Program-made: the position numbers and the translations under genes
Part shown: piece after piece, positions 29,684-38,595 of the stretch
Position numbering within the stretch: position 1 is the first letter of the stretch
Layout: each line of letters begins with the position of its first letter
Assembly (NCBI GenBank): GCA_965223845.1
Contig: CBDCXR010000004.1
Coordinates: 4,224,001 to 4,288,000 of the forward strand
Source: Planctomycetota bacterium
Lineage (GTDB): Bacteria; Planctomycetota; UBA8108; SXIK01
DNA length: 64,000 nucleotides
Direction of reading: 5' to 3'
Notes under the pieces: model-generated
What the model was told of the DNA's origin: nothing
Seen by the model: only the letters and a program-made list of their open reading frames with translations
Databases searched by the model: none

Positions 29684-30266
29684 CCGACCGCCCCCCGTTC
29701 AGGTCATTGAATAACCAGGTCTTGGCGACGCTCCATTCACGCTTGACGGTCGCGGGGGATGTATTCAACGCTGTCGCCACATCCTCCACGCTCATCCCCC
29801 CGAAGTAGCGAAGCTCCACAACACGAGCCTTGCGCGGGCCGATCGCCGCGAGTCGCTCGAGAGATTCGTCGAGAGCCAGAAAGTCGATCGTCGGCTCTTC
29901 GTTCACGATGAGCTCCTCGTCGAGAGGGACTCTTCGTCCCGCGCTGCCGCCTCTCTTGAGACGATTCCGCTCGCGAGCGTGATCGATGAGCAGGTTTCGC
30001 ATGGCTTTGGCGACGAAGGCGCGGAACTGCACGCGGTTCTCACCGGGAATCGCGTCACGACGCAAGAGTCTAAGACACACCTCGTTGACGAGTGCGGTCG
30101 CCTGCAGAGTGTGCCCGGGAGTTCTTCTGTCGCTCAGATACGCGCGCGCCAGCTCTCTCAGCTCGTCGTAGATCGACGTGAGAAGCCGATCCCGCGCAGA
30201 AGAGTCGCCGCGACGGGCGAGTTCGAGCAGTGCCGTGATTTGTGAGGCCGAGGAGAAGTCGTCCAT
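29673..30266 (-). CDS. ECF sigma factor, TIGR02999 (planctomycete kinase-associated) type
   Basis: QITALL, IYDELRELA, HTLQATALVNE, RLKRGG and VVELRYFGG motifs; stop overlaps the kinase start. Confidence 0.9.
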   Translation of the reverse strand: MDDFSSASQITALLELARRGDSSARDRLLTSIYDELRELARAYLSDRRTPGHTLQATALVNEVCLRLLRRDAIPGENRVQFRAFVAKAMRNLLIDHARERNRLKRGGSAGRRVPLDEELIVNEEPTIDFLALDESLERLAAIGPRKARVVELRYFGGMSVEDVATALNTSPATVKREWSVAKTWLFNDLNGGRSGVD

Positions 30267-30591
30267 GCCGCAGGCAACGCGCGCCCAGCCGGGAGGCCGC
30301 CTCAAGCCCGAGAGCTTGAGAACGGTCCACGGCGCTTCTGCGGACCCGAGACCGACGAACGTCGCACGGCGACGAAACCCGCCTGTATCGATGCTCCGCT
30401 GCGGCTCGGACGAAGTCAATGTCTCTCTCGACGTCTGCTCGTCGTTGCGCGATTCGAAATGCCCGTGCCCTCGAGCCGGATTCGCCTACGACGACCAGGT
30501 CTACGACGACCAGAGCATTCGGAGTCGACTCGATCCTATTTGTGCGACTCCTTAGCCCTGGTCGTCGATCGCTACTCCTGGGTACCAGACG

Positions 30592-31239
30592 TCAGTTATC
30601 CGCGGGAACGATTACGGAGTTCACCACGTTCCGGTAGAACCCGGTCTCGGCTTCGTGGTCGATCTCCGAGAGATCGACGTTGAGATCGACATCGAGGTCA
30701 ATACCCAACAGATGTCCCGAGGCTACCGCCTCCCGAGAGCGTACGGTGGAGACATTGCTAGTCAGTTGGTCGGGAGGATCCGACGGCGCCCAGGCTTCGG
30801 TTCGAACCGTGACCGGCCCGTCACCCTCGACAACCAGGTCGGACAAGATCGCCGTCTTAAACAGGAGCTCGCCCGTCGTGGGATCGAACTCGGGGAATAG
30901 TACCTCGACTTCTCCCGGTATGAACACAAGGGAGTCTGTCGCGATGTAGCTTTCCCGATCTAAGAGCAGTGCAAATCCGAAGCCGAAGAACCCCGTCTCA
31001 AAGTCCATGATTTCGACCTGAAGGAATCCGGCGATGAATGTCTCCCCGGTGATGAAGTTGTACACTTCAGTTTCGTCGAAGAACAGTCTCAGGCCATCGG
31101 CCTGAACCTGGGCGTACGCCGAAGAGGACCTGAACTTGAAGACGGTGGCGCCCTCGTCGGGCGCGGAGTGGGAGACCCCAAGCGGGAGTGCTAGCGACAG
31201 GACCGCAGCCAGTGAGTAGATCCATCGTCGTCGTGTCAT
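30592..31239 (-). CDS. Secreted acidic hypothetical protein
   Basis: AAGGAG RBS, signal peptide, beta-rich composition. Confidence 0.75.
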   Translation of the reverse strand: MTRRRWIYSLAAVLSLALPLGVSHSAPDEGATVFKFRSSSAYAQVQADGLRLFFDETEVYNFITGETFIAGFLQVEIMDFETGFFGFGFALLLDRESYIATDSLVFIPGEVEVLFPEFDPTTGELLFKTAILSDLVVEGDGPVTVRTEAWAPSDPPDQLTSNVSTVRSREAVASGHLLGIDLDVDLNVDLSEIDHEAETGFYRNVVNSVIVPADN

Positions 31240-31852
31240 GGTGTTGCTCCTTTTCCATGATCTGAACGGAATGAGACAGTGGGTTTTCCAAACTCCCGAC
31301 AGAGAGTGGGCAGCCGCCCTTCGCGCGGGTGGACCGTTGTGACTGTGGAAACCAAAACCCTAATCCCGCCGCCCGAACCACCGTGATCGCGCGTATGTCG
31401 AGGCGTGTCCTGGCATACGGGAACTCGACGGCCTTCGGATTCTGGCGCACCCGGCCCGTTCACAGGGGGGAAACGACAACTGCGGGGGGACGAGCTCAGT
31501 TTTTTCTGCCGCAGGCTCAGAACCCGGACTGGAGCCGACGCGTGCAGGTCACGGTGCTGCGCGTCGCGGTATTCCATGGCTTGCGTCGCTACTACGACCG
31601 CGAAGCCGCGGAGCCGAACACCTCGCAACCTCTTCCCGCCCTCCCGGACTCGATACCGCCCACGAACCGACTGGCTTCCTTCGTCGACGAGCTGCTCGAC
31701 CCACCCCGACAGTCCTTCGACGTCTGAGCTCGTCGACCGCGTTCAAAACAGCCAGACGAGAAGACTCCGGCGTTCGACGAGAACTTGGCTGCGGCGCGAA
31801 CTCAAAACAGGGCGGGCTTGACCCGCCTCGCTCGACGAGCGAGAATGCGAGC

Positions 31853-32278
31853 ATGGCTGCGCTGTTTTTCTCGACCAAGCCTCAGTCGCAACACTCGCGA
31901 TACCGTCTGATCGCGCTGGTATCCGCTCTCGCGATCTTGGGGCAGGCTGTCTTGCCGCTTCTGCACGAAGTGACGGCGCACAGCCATGTCGAATCGGCGC
32001 TGGCTCACTCGCACGACTGGCCTTGCACTTCTTCCGAATCTCTGACGGAGTCCGTATCGCTTGCGGACACCCCGCCGTCCGAGACACGGATGGAATCCGA
32101 CTGTCAGATTTGCCTGGCGCTCAGCACAGTCCGCCACTCCATTGTTGCTCCGAGTGGCTCGCGAACCCACACCCCCCTCGCCTCTATCTCCGCAAGGAGA
32201 TTGATCACGTCACCAGACCTCTGGGTCTGCAGCTCGATCGATCTAAACCTTGCGGCGCCTCGGGCCCCTCCAGCCTGA
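31853..32278 (+). CDS. DUF2946-like leader protein (signal/TM, His-rich, CxxC, C-terminal RAPP)
   Basis: Hydrophobic N-terminus, LHEVTAHSH...HSH, DCQIC, ends AAPRAPPA-stop: the CruR/CutF architecture. Confidence 0.8.
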   Translation: MAALFFSTKPQSQHSRYRLIALVSALAILGQAVLPLLHEVTAHSHVESALAHSHDWPCTSSESLTESVSLADTPPSETRMESDCQICLALSTVRHSIVAPSGSRTHTPLASISARRLITSPDLWVCSSIDLNLAAPRAPPA

Positions 32279-32387
32279 ATCTGATCGCTTGTAGTTGAGC
32301 TCGACTCGCTGACCGAGCGCGGTTTGCCCGCGTGTCGACGGCGCGAGTTGAAAGCGCATGCGTTCAAGATTCACTGGAGACTTCAAA

Positions 32388-33002
32388 ATGCCCTCGATTC
32401 GCGAACAGCGGACGACGGTGCCATCGCGAGGCACGTCGAGCCGTTCCAGCGGACGGATCCGCGACGACCTAGTCTCGCGAGCCGTACGTGACCACCTAGA
32501 CGTAATGCTCGCAGCCGCACGACGCGTACTTCCTAGCGATGATCTTGCCTGGGACGCAGTGCAAGAATCCCTCCAAGCGCTCTGGAAGGAAGGAGCCATC
32601 AACACGCCTCTACGCGGTTGGCTGCTCCGAGCGGTTCGCCTCCGCGCTTTCCATTTGCTTCGGTCCGAGCGACGACGTCGCCAGCACGAAGCCGCGTGCG
32701 CCTGCCTTTGCTGCCTGGTCGCCTACGATGATCCGGCTCGTCGAATGGAGAACCGCGAGCTTTTGAATCTGGCGGTGAAGGCTATCGAACGATTGCCCCC
32801 AGCATATCGCAGTGTCGTCGAAATGCGTGACTGGCTCGACATGGACTACGCGTCCATTGCATTAGAGCTTGGCGTTCCCGTCGGTACGATCCGCTCGAGA
32901 CTCAGCCGCGCCCGTGATCAGGTGCGCGCGGCACTCCGCCCGGCACTTCGACAAGGCCGGCGTTCGGGCGCAGGAGGGAGACCGGTCGCATGTCTGGCGT
33001 GA
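32388..33002 (+). CDS. ECF sigma-70 factor with a Cys-rich sigma2-sigma4 linker
   Basis: GGAG RBS; AWDAVQESL...LRGWLLRAV (sigma2), HEAACACLCC linker, YASIALELGVPVGTIRSRLSRAR (sigma4). Confidence 0.88.
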   Translation: MPSIREQRTTVPSRGTSSRSSGRIRDDLVSRAVRDHLDVMLAAARRVLPSDDLAWDAVQESLQALWKEGAINTPLRGWLLRAVRLRAFHLLRSERRRRQHEAACACLCCLVAYDDPARRMENRELLNLAVKAIERLPPAYRSVVEMRDWLDMDYASIALELGVPVGTIRSRLSRARDQVRAALRPALRQGRRSGAGGRPVACLA

Positions 33003-35047
33003 AGAAGCTCACCGGAGATGCGCTTGCTACCGGAGTCGCTCTCCTCGTCGCATCGATCTTCCCAGCTCCTTTGCAGGCGCAGGATCCGGGTCAAAGCGTC
33101 GCGAGGTCACTCATCCGCGGCACCTACGAACGAGTTTTTTTTCCCGAAGACGTCACCCGAATCGCGGTAGGTGACAAAGGCCTCCTGTCGTTCGAGCTGT
33201 TGAACACGCGTGAAGCTCTTGTTCTCGGTAAGGGTGTCGGACGAACGAACGTAGTCGTGTGGTACTCGAGCGGCGCGATCTCCGATCATCGATTCTCCAT
33301 CGAAGAAGATCTTTCCGTCTTGAAAGAGGCCTTGCGTGATCTCGACCCTCGGATCGCTGCGGAAATGGCCTCCAATCGTGCCGCAATCGTACTGCGCGGG
33401 GTTGTGCCCAATGCGATCGTCATGGAGCGTGCCGTTCGGGTCGCGGAGGACTACTTGGGCTCACGCTCGGGACGCACCCGCCGTCGAGGGCGCGGCGCGG
33501 GCACGACGGGCCCGGAGGACCTGGCTCAATCGCTGCGACTCATGGCCGATGCGATCGAGACGACCGATCGGCCTGCGGGAGAAACAGAGACCGTCGTAGC
33601 ATCGTCCACTCCCTCGCCGACGGCATCGGGAACTGTAATCAACCTGCTTCGAGTGGAACAGCCCCCAGAGACGACCGAAGAAAAAATACTCCGTGCGATT
33701 CAGCCTATCGCAGGTTCCGACGTCGCCGTCCGACGAGTCCTGAAAGGGGCGGTACCCGACGATGAGCGCGACGTGTTCGTGCTCGAGGGAAAAGTCGCCA
33801 ACCAGGTCGCGCTCGTACGCGTCTTGTCACTCGCAGCGAGAATCATCACCGGAAGATCTCTCCGCGGAGTGCGCGGCGAAAGCCTCATTCGGGTTCTCGC
33901 CGAGGAAGGCGGCGGCCTTTTCGAGGGAGGCGGACAGTCCGGCCAGGGCAATCGAAACCGCCAGAACTCTGGCGGTGCTGGACGAGGTGGTTCGGGATCC
34001 GGAAGGAGTGCTAGTTTTTTTCAGAGCGATATCGAGACGAATATCGCGCGCGCCAAGGCGCTCGATGTCGCCGACGGGCGCATCCTCTCTTTCCTAGAGG
34101 TTTCCGATCTCCCGCTCGTCCGGGTCAATGTTCAGTTCTACGAGGTAAATCGAGCAGAGATCCTCAACTATTCGTCGGACTGGGCCGCGTTCGTCTCGAG
34201 TTTCGAACAACCTGCGCTGTTAGGAGCTGGGTTGGCACCGGGATTTCAGTCGGCGCCGGCGAGTGTGGGGACCTTTGCCGCTACGGATATCCAGAATGTG
34301 CTCTCCTCGATCGGCGGCAACCTCGGCAATCAGTTCCAATTAGTCGACGACCATCTCGCGGTCGATACGGCGTTTTCTCTGCTTGAAGCGAAGGGTCTGG
34401 CACGACGGCTCTCCGCTCCGTCATTGACGGTACTCTCCGGTGAGCAAGCCGCGCTCTCCGTAGGAGGTGAAATTCCGATCCAGGAGATCTTTTCACCGGC
34501 TTTCAGCGGTGATGATTCCCCGGGCGTGTTCGGCTCTGTGCGCTTTCGGAGTTTCGGGATCTCACTCAATATGAGACCCCAGATCGACGAACGGGACATG
34601 ATCACGCTGGAGCTCGCTCCTACCGTGAGTCAACCGGATCAGCAGCTGACTTCGGTGCTTGTTGATACGACTGGAGCCGAGCAACCGACGACCGCCTTTC
34701 AGAGTCGATCGATGGTTACGAGCAGTCGGTTGAGAGACGGGCAGTCCCTGATGCTCGGCGGACTCGTATCGCGAGGCGACGCGCGTGACATTTCCCAGCC
34801 GCCTTTGATCGGTGATATCCCGCTTCTGGGCTGGTTGTTTCGCAACTTCGGCGAAACCGACGACGACCGCGAGCTGGTGATCCTCGTCAACCCGACGATC
34901 GTCAGAGAACCTATCCCCGAAATCGGCCTCTGGTCGTTTGCGAAACCGAGCGAACTTCTCGAATCAGCCGGACTTCGAAGACCCAGAGCCGACGGCGATC
35001 CGTCGGAATCGCCGCCGCACCTCGCTAAAGATCGGAGCGGGTCGTGA
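32990..35047 (+). CDS. cpaC: Tad pilus secretin RcpA/CpaC
   Basis: Signal peptide; N-terminal pilus-formation domain (RIAVGD...GKGVGRTNVVVW); secretin motifs LTVLSGEQAALSVGGEIP, GDIPLLGWLFR and ELVILVNPTIV. Confidence 0.9.
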   Translation: MSGVKKLTGDALATGVALLVASIFPAPLQAQDPGQSVARSLIRGTYERVFFPEDVTRIAVGDKGLLSFELLNTREALVLGKGVGRTNVVVWYSSGAISDHRFSIEEDLSVLKEALRDLDPRIAAEMASNRAAIVLRGVVPNAIVMERAVRVAEDYLGSRSGRTRRRGRGAGTTGPEDLAQSLRLMADAIETTDRPAGETETVVASSTPSPTASGTVINLLRVEQPPETTEEKILRAIQPIAGSDVAVRRVLKGAVPDDERDVFVLEGKVANQVALVRVLSLAARIITGRSLRGVRGESLIRVLAEEGGGLFEGGGQSGQGNRNRQNSGGAGRGGSGSGRSASFFQSDIETNIARAKALDVADGRILSFLEVSDLPLVRVNVQFYEVNRAEILNYSSDWAAFVSSFEQPALLGAGLAPGFQSAPASVGTFAATDIQNVLSSIGGNLGNQFQLVDDHLAVDTAFSLLEAKGLARRLSAPSLTVLSGEQAALSVGGEIPIQEIFSPAFSGDDSPGVFGSVRFRSFGISLNMRPQIDERDMITLELAPTVSQPDQQLTSVLVDTTGAEQPTTAFQSRSMVTSSRLRDGQSLMLGGLVSRGDARDISQPPLIGDIPLLGWLFRNFGETDDDRELVILVNPTIVREPIPEIGLWSFAKPSELLESAGLRRPRADGDPSESPPHLAKDRSGS

Positions 35048-36057
35048 TCCAGCTTCACCGTCGCGGCGCGCGAGAGTCGGGGGCCGCGCTGATCGAGTTT
35101 GCGATCGTCTCTCTCGCTCTGTACCTAATCCTCGCTGCGATCCTTACCTTCGGCTCGGCGATCTGGATCGGCCAGAATCTGCAGCAGGCCGTCGATGTCG
35201 GAGCGCAGGAGCTGGCACGGCTGCCGCTTGATCCGGACATCGATCTGGGCTGGGGCGATCTCCAGCAGGGCTGTGCTGCCCCGGAGGATGTGGAGGACTT
35301 CGCAGCGTGCGACGGTCGCGTCCTGGACGAGATCTACGACAAACAGTACCTCGTCATAACTCGCCAAGATATCTCGAATTCGAATATCGATCCCGACTCC
35401 CCCACCGCGCTTCTCGAGTACGCCGAGACGCTGCCGTTGATCAATCGATTGCTGATCCCGGTAATGATTTTCGATCGCCAGCATAGCGGCGGATCCTGGC
35501 GCTATCCCGGAGCCGTAGTGTTGAATACCGTGACGCCAGAGCCCGAAGAAACCGTGCTCGTTCCGATCGTCAGGAATGGCGAAATCCGTTGGGTCGCGCC
35601 AGTGGAAGAAGTTCGAGTCGATCACGACGGAGATTCGGCTACAGCTCCGGTCGGGCCCTTTTCGGTGCTCCCCCCGGAACCGACTCCTCCTGGCTTCGTC
35701 CCCGGAGTGGTGGCCCTTCGGATCAACTACCCATTCCAAAGCGCGGCGATGTCCGATTTCACGCCGAGCCCGGAAGGTGCCCTCGAGCCGAACCTCGATC
35801 GTGTCGTAACTGCGGACGACGCGTCGCTGACCGCGGGTGCAACAGGAGTCTACGCGCTTCAGGTCGCCGCGAACTCCTACGCGGACGGTGAGCCGAACAT
35901 CCACGGAGGTCGCTATGGTCTTGGCCGCCAGATCGCATTGCCATTCGATCGAGACTCGATTCGCACGTTTGGAGTTCGACCCTACCGGCGGATCCTGTCC
36001 GTGCAGGCGATCTACCGCCGCGAGGTCTTCGATTTCGGCCTCGGATCCACACCATGA
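35044..36057 (+). CDS. tadE: TadE-like pseudopilin, long form
   Basis: ESG/AALIEFAIV prepilin motif plus hydrophobic helix; GTGA overlap with cpaC. Confidence 0.85.
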   Translation: MIQLHRRGARESGAALIEFAIVSLALYLILAAILTFGSAIWIGQNLQQAVDVGAQELARLPLDPDIDLGWGDLQQGCAAPEDVEDFAACDGRVLDEIYDKQYLVITRQDISNSNIDPDSPTALLEYAETLPLINRLLIPVMIFDRQHSGGSWRYPGAVVLNTVTPEPEETVLVPIVRNGEIRWVAPVEEVRVDHDGDSATAPVGPFSVLPPEPTPPGFVPGVVALRINYPFQSAAMSDFTPSPEGALEPNLDRVVTADDASLTAGATGVYALQVAANSYADGEPNIHGGRYGLGRQIALPFDRDSIRTFGVRPYRRILSVQAIYRREVFDFGLGSTP

Positions 36058-37316
36058 TTTCGCTACCGAAACCACTGCGCAGCCGAGAGGCCGGATCCGT
36101 ACTCGCGCTCTTCGCGATTCTTCTCTTCGGGCTCGTTGCGCTCCTGGCTTTGTCTATCGATACCGGATTCGTGCTACTGGCTCGCCGTCAGATGCAAGCG
36201 GCCGTCAACTCCGCCTCGGTCGAGGGTCTGCGCTGGCGCGATCGACTACCGCCTGTCGACGACTTGGTCGCTATCGGTGAGGATCCGAGTAACCCGGCAG
36301 AGCTCGAAACTCGAAAGGACGAGATTCGCCGCAAAATGGCGAGGCAATTCGTCCACGCCAGCTTCGATGTCGACTACGACGTAGGAAGCCCCGATCCGTC
36401 GACGGCCGTTCTCGGGGCCGGCCCGATGATCGGATTCGAAGGCGGGATCGATATCGGTGGCGGACTCAGAGCTTCCAGCTTGATTCGCCAACAGAATCCG
36501 AGGGCGTACAAACCAGCTCTCGCGCTGAATCTCGGTAATTCTGTCTCCGGAGACATGGTTTCCGGCGGCTATCTGGTGGACGGTTCGCGCGACGATTATG
36601 AGGACTTCCTCGACGTGAACGATCCGCCGGATGCCTTTCTCGTACGCCTCCGGCGGACAGACGAAGATCTTTCCTCGGCTCCGGACGCCAGCACGTCGGG
36701 TCCACCGATCCCCTCCCTATTCGGCAGGGCGGCCATCGCGCGCGCCGAGGAAGGCAATCCCCAGGCGCTACTTCAGCGTCGCGCGACTGGGGTTCGCGTT
36801 CGGGCGACGTCCATTGCCGATCTGAAACCCGCGGTCTCCGTCGGGTATTCATCGAACACGGACCGACCTGGAGTTCGCTACTTTGTCGACCGCTCGGTCT
36901 TCGACTGTTCCAATCCGACGATTCTCATCGACGAACTGGAGGTACCCCTCGATCCTCTGGGGCCACCCGTGCTCCCCTGTCCGTCGGGAGCGGGAGGAGC
37001 CGTCGTCCTTGGTGACTCGGTGGCGTCCCTCGTCCCTGCGGCACCTCCACTCCCTTCGGAGTCGTTCGTGGTGGCCATCTACGATTCGAGTGTTTGCCCG
37101 GCGGCGGCGGCAGATGTTGTCGTAGGCTTCGCGAACGTCAGAATCATCGACCAATCTGTCGTCCCCGCCGGCGATCTGGTCCTTGCGAACGGCTCCAGCA
37201 CCTTCGTTCGAAACTGCCAGCTCTCCGCGGACTGTTTCGACTCCTTGATCACGAACTGCTTTCAGCTCCAGGGGGCTGCGGTCAGAGCCCCAGCACGGGT
37301 GAGAGCAACTCGTTGA
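36054..37316 (+). CDS. tadG: TadG-like pilus-associated protein
   Basis: EAGSVLALFA...ALSIDTG...RRQMQAAVNSAS Tad N-terminus; six C-terminal Cys; ATGA overlap. Confidence 0.8.
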   Translation: MISLPKPLRSREAGSVLALFAILLFGLVALLALSIDTGFVLLARRQMQAAVNSASVEGLRWRDRLPPVDDLVAIGEDPSNPAELETRKDEIRRKMARQFVHASFDVDYDVGSPDPSTAVLGAGPMIGFEGGIDIGGGLRASSLIRQQNPRAYKPALALNLGNSVSGDMVSGGYLVDGSRDDYEDFLDVNDPPDAFLVRLRRTDEDLSSAPDASTSGPPIPSLFGRAAIARAEEGNPQALLQRRATGVRVRATSIADLKPAVSVGYSSNTDRPGVRYFVDRSVFDCSNPTILIDELEVPLDPLGPPVLPCPSGAGGAVVLGDSVASLVPAAPPLPSESFVVAIYDSSVCPAAAADVVVGFANVRIIDQSVVPAGDLVLANGSSTFVRNCQLSADCFDSLITNCFQLQGAAVRAPARVRATR

Positions 37317-37382
37317 CGGAGACGTTGGTCTTTTTGTCGAGTCCTTGGGAACTAGAGACGGTCCGGCGGCACTTCGACGCTG

Positions 37383-37904
37383 ATGACCAGCCCGTTTCTC
37401 GTTGACCGCTCGTTTAGTCGCCGACTCGACCGTGTCGGCATCGTCGTCTCGCTCGCCTGCGCGGCTCACTTCATTTCCGCGCCGGTGCTCCTGCTTGCCG
37501 CGCCCCTACTCGGCGGCCTGTGGGTGCACCCGGCTTCGCATGCGGTAATCGCTGCGTTCGCTCTGCCAGTGGCGGCGTTCTCACTACGGCGGGGATACGC
37601 CGTGCACGGCCGACGGTGGATCGCAGCAGCAGGCGCGCTCGGCGTCGCGTGCGTCGTACTCGGTGTGTTGTTGCCCGTGGCGACTGCGGCCGAACGACCG
37701 CCGGACGAAACGAATTTGAGCCGGTGCACGGATTGCTGCCCATCGATAGACATCGGGGCGGGGGCTGATTCCTGGTCACTTCGCATCCCTCCGGCGAGTT
37801 TCGTCAGCTTGATCGGTGGGATCGCCTTGGTCGCCGCGCACTTCGGGAATCTCCGTTGCTGCCGGAACTGCGGAAAAGCACGTGAGCGATCGTGTGAGCA
37901 GTGA
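37383..37904 (+). CDS. MerC-domain membrane protein with extra Cys clusters
   Basis: LDRVGIVVSLACAAH, GYAVHGRR and LVAAHFGNLR match the MerC-domain pattern; additional CTDCCP and CCRNC. Confidence 0.8.
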   Translation: MTSPFLVDRSFSRRLDRVGIVVSLACAAHFISAPVLLLAAPLLGGLWVHPASHAVIAAFALPVAAFSLRRGYAVHGRRWIAAAGALGVACVVLGVLLPVATAAERPPDETNLSRCTDCCPSIDIGAGADSWSLRIPPASFVSLIGGIALVAAHFGNLRCCRNCGKARERSCEQ

Positions 37905-38131
37905 CATCCGTGGGCGCGACAGCGCAGCTTTCGGCCGAGCGGGTCCGTTGGTGAGAGATTCGGTCCCCACCCGCGAGCAGGGTACAGAGGTTTCGACAGC
38001 ACGACGGAAGACTCAAAGAAGGAGAGTCTCGGAAATACCGGGAACTTCCTTCCGGCGAGCGGCACATCACACTCGAAAGGAGTGAAGTGCTCCTAGCCCC
38101 GTCACAACGATCCACAAGGAGGTTTCAAGAC

Positions 38132-38494
38132 ATGCGACAGAACATCCAACAAAGGAGGCGCGGAGCTGCAATGATCGAGTACGCCCTGCTCGTCGCGGGC
38201 GTCGTCCTCGTGGCCGCCGCTGCCACGGCAGTCTTCGGGCACAAGACGAACGACTTGATCTCTGGCGTAGCCGCTGTCCTTCCGGGTGCTCACGCAGACG
38301 ACAACGCCCCGATCGTCAGCGGCAAAATCATCGAGACGGCGCCCCAGGACCACGACGGGGACGCTGGAACGCCTGACGCCATCGCGCTCGATATCGACAC
38401 AATCGTTACCAACTCCGACGGCACGGTCGAGCGTCTCGGGAACCGCCTAGGTACGGCATCGAGCATCACGCAGCTGATCGTCGAGGCCGAATAG
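38132..38494 (+). CDS. flp: Flp (type IVb) pilin with a long C-terminal extension
   Basis: AAGGAGG RBS; RRG/AAMIEYALL Flp motif; hydrophobic helix. Confidence 0.9.
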   Translation: MRQNIQQRRRGAAMIEYALLVAGVVLVAAAATAVFGHKTNDLISGVAAVLPGAHADDNAPIVSGKIIETAPQDHDGDAGTPDAIALDIDTIVTNSDGTVERLGNRLGTASSITQLIVEAE

Positions 38495-38595
38495 CCCCGC
38501 GGCGACCAGTCTTAGACTCGAATTCGAAACGCTCAAGGAGTTGCCCTCAGCCCAGGGCGACTCCTTGGGCATTGTTTGCATCTCGGAGAAAGCAC

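Noticed and set aside
31329-31727. 132-aa ORF upstream of the DUF2946-like gene
   Set aside because: No RBS or recognisable motif; may be a gene remnant but cannot be supported
37383-37904. Mercury-resistance (mer) operon
   Set aside because: No merA, merR, merT or merP nearby; only a MerC-domain gene
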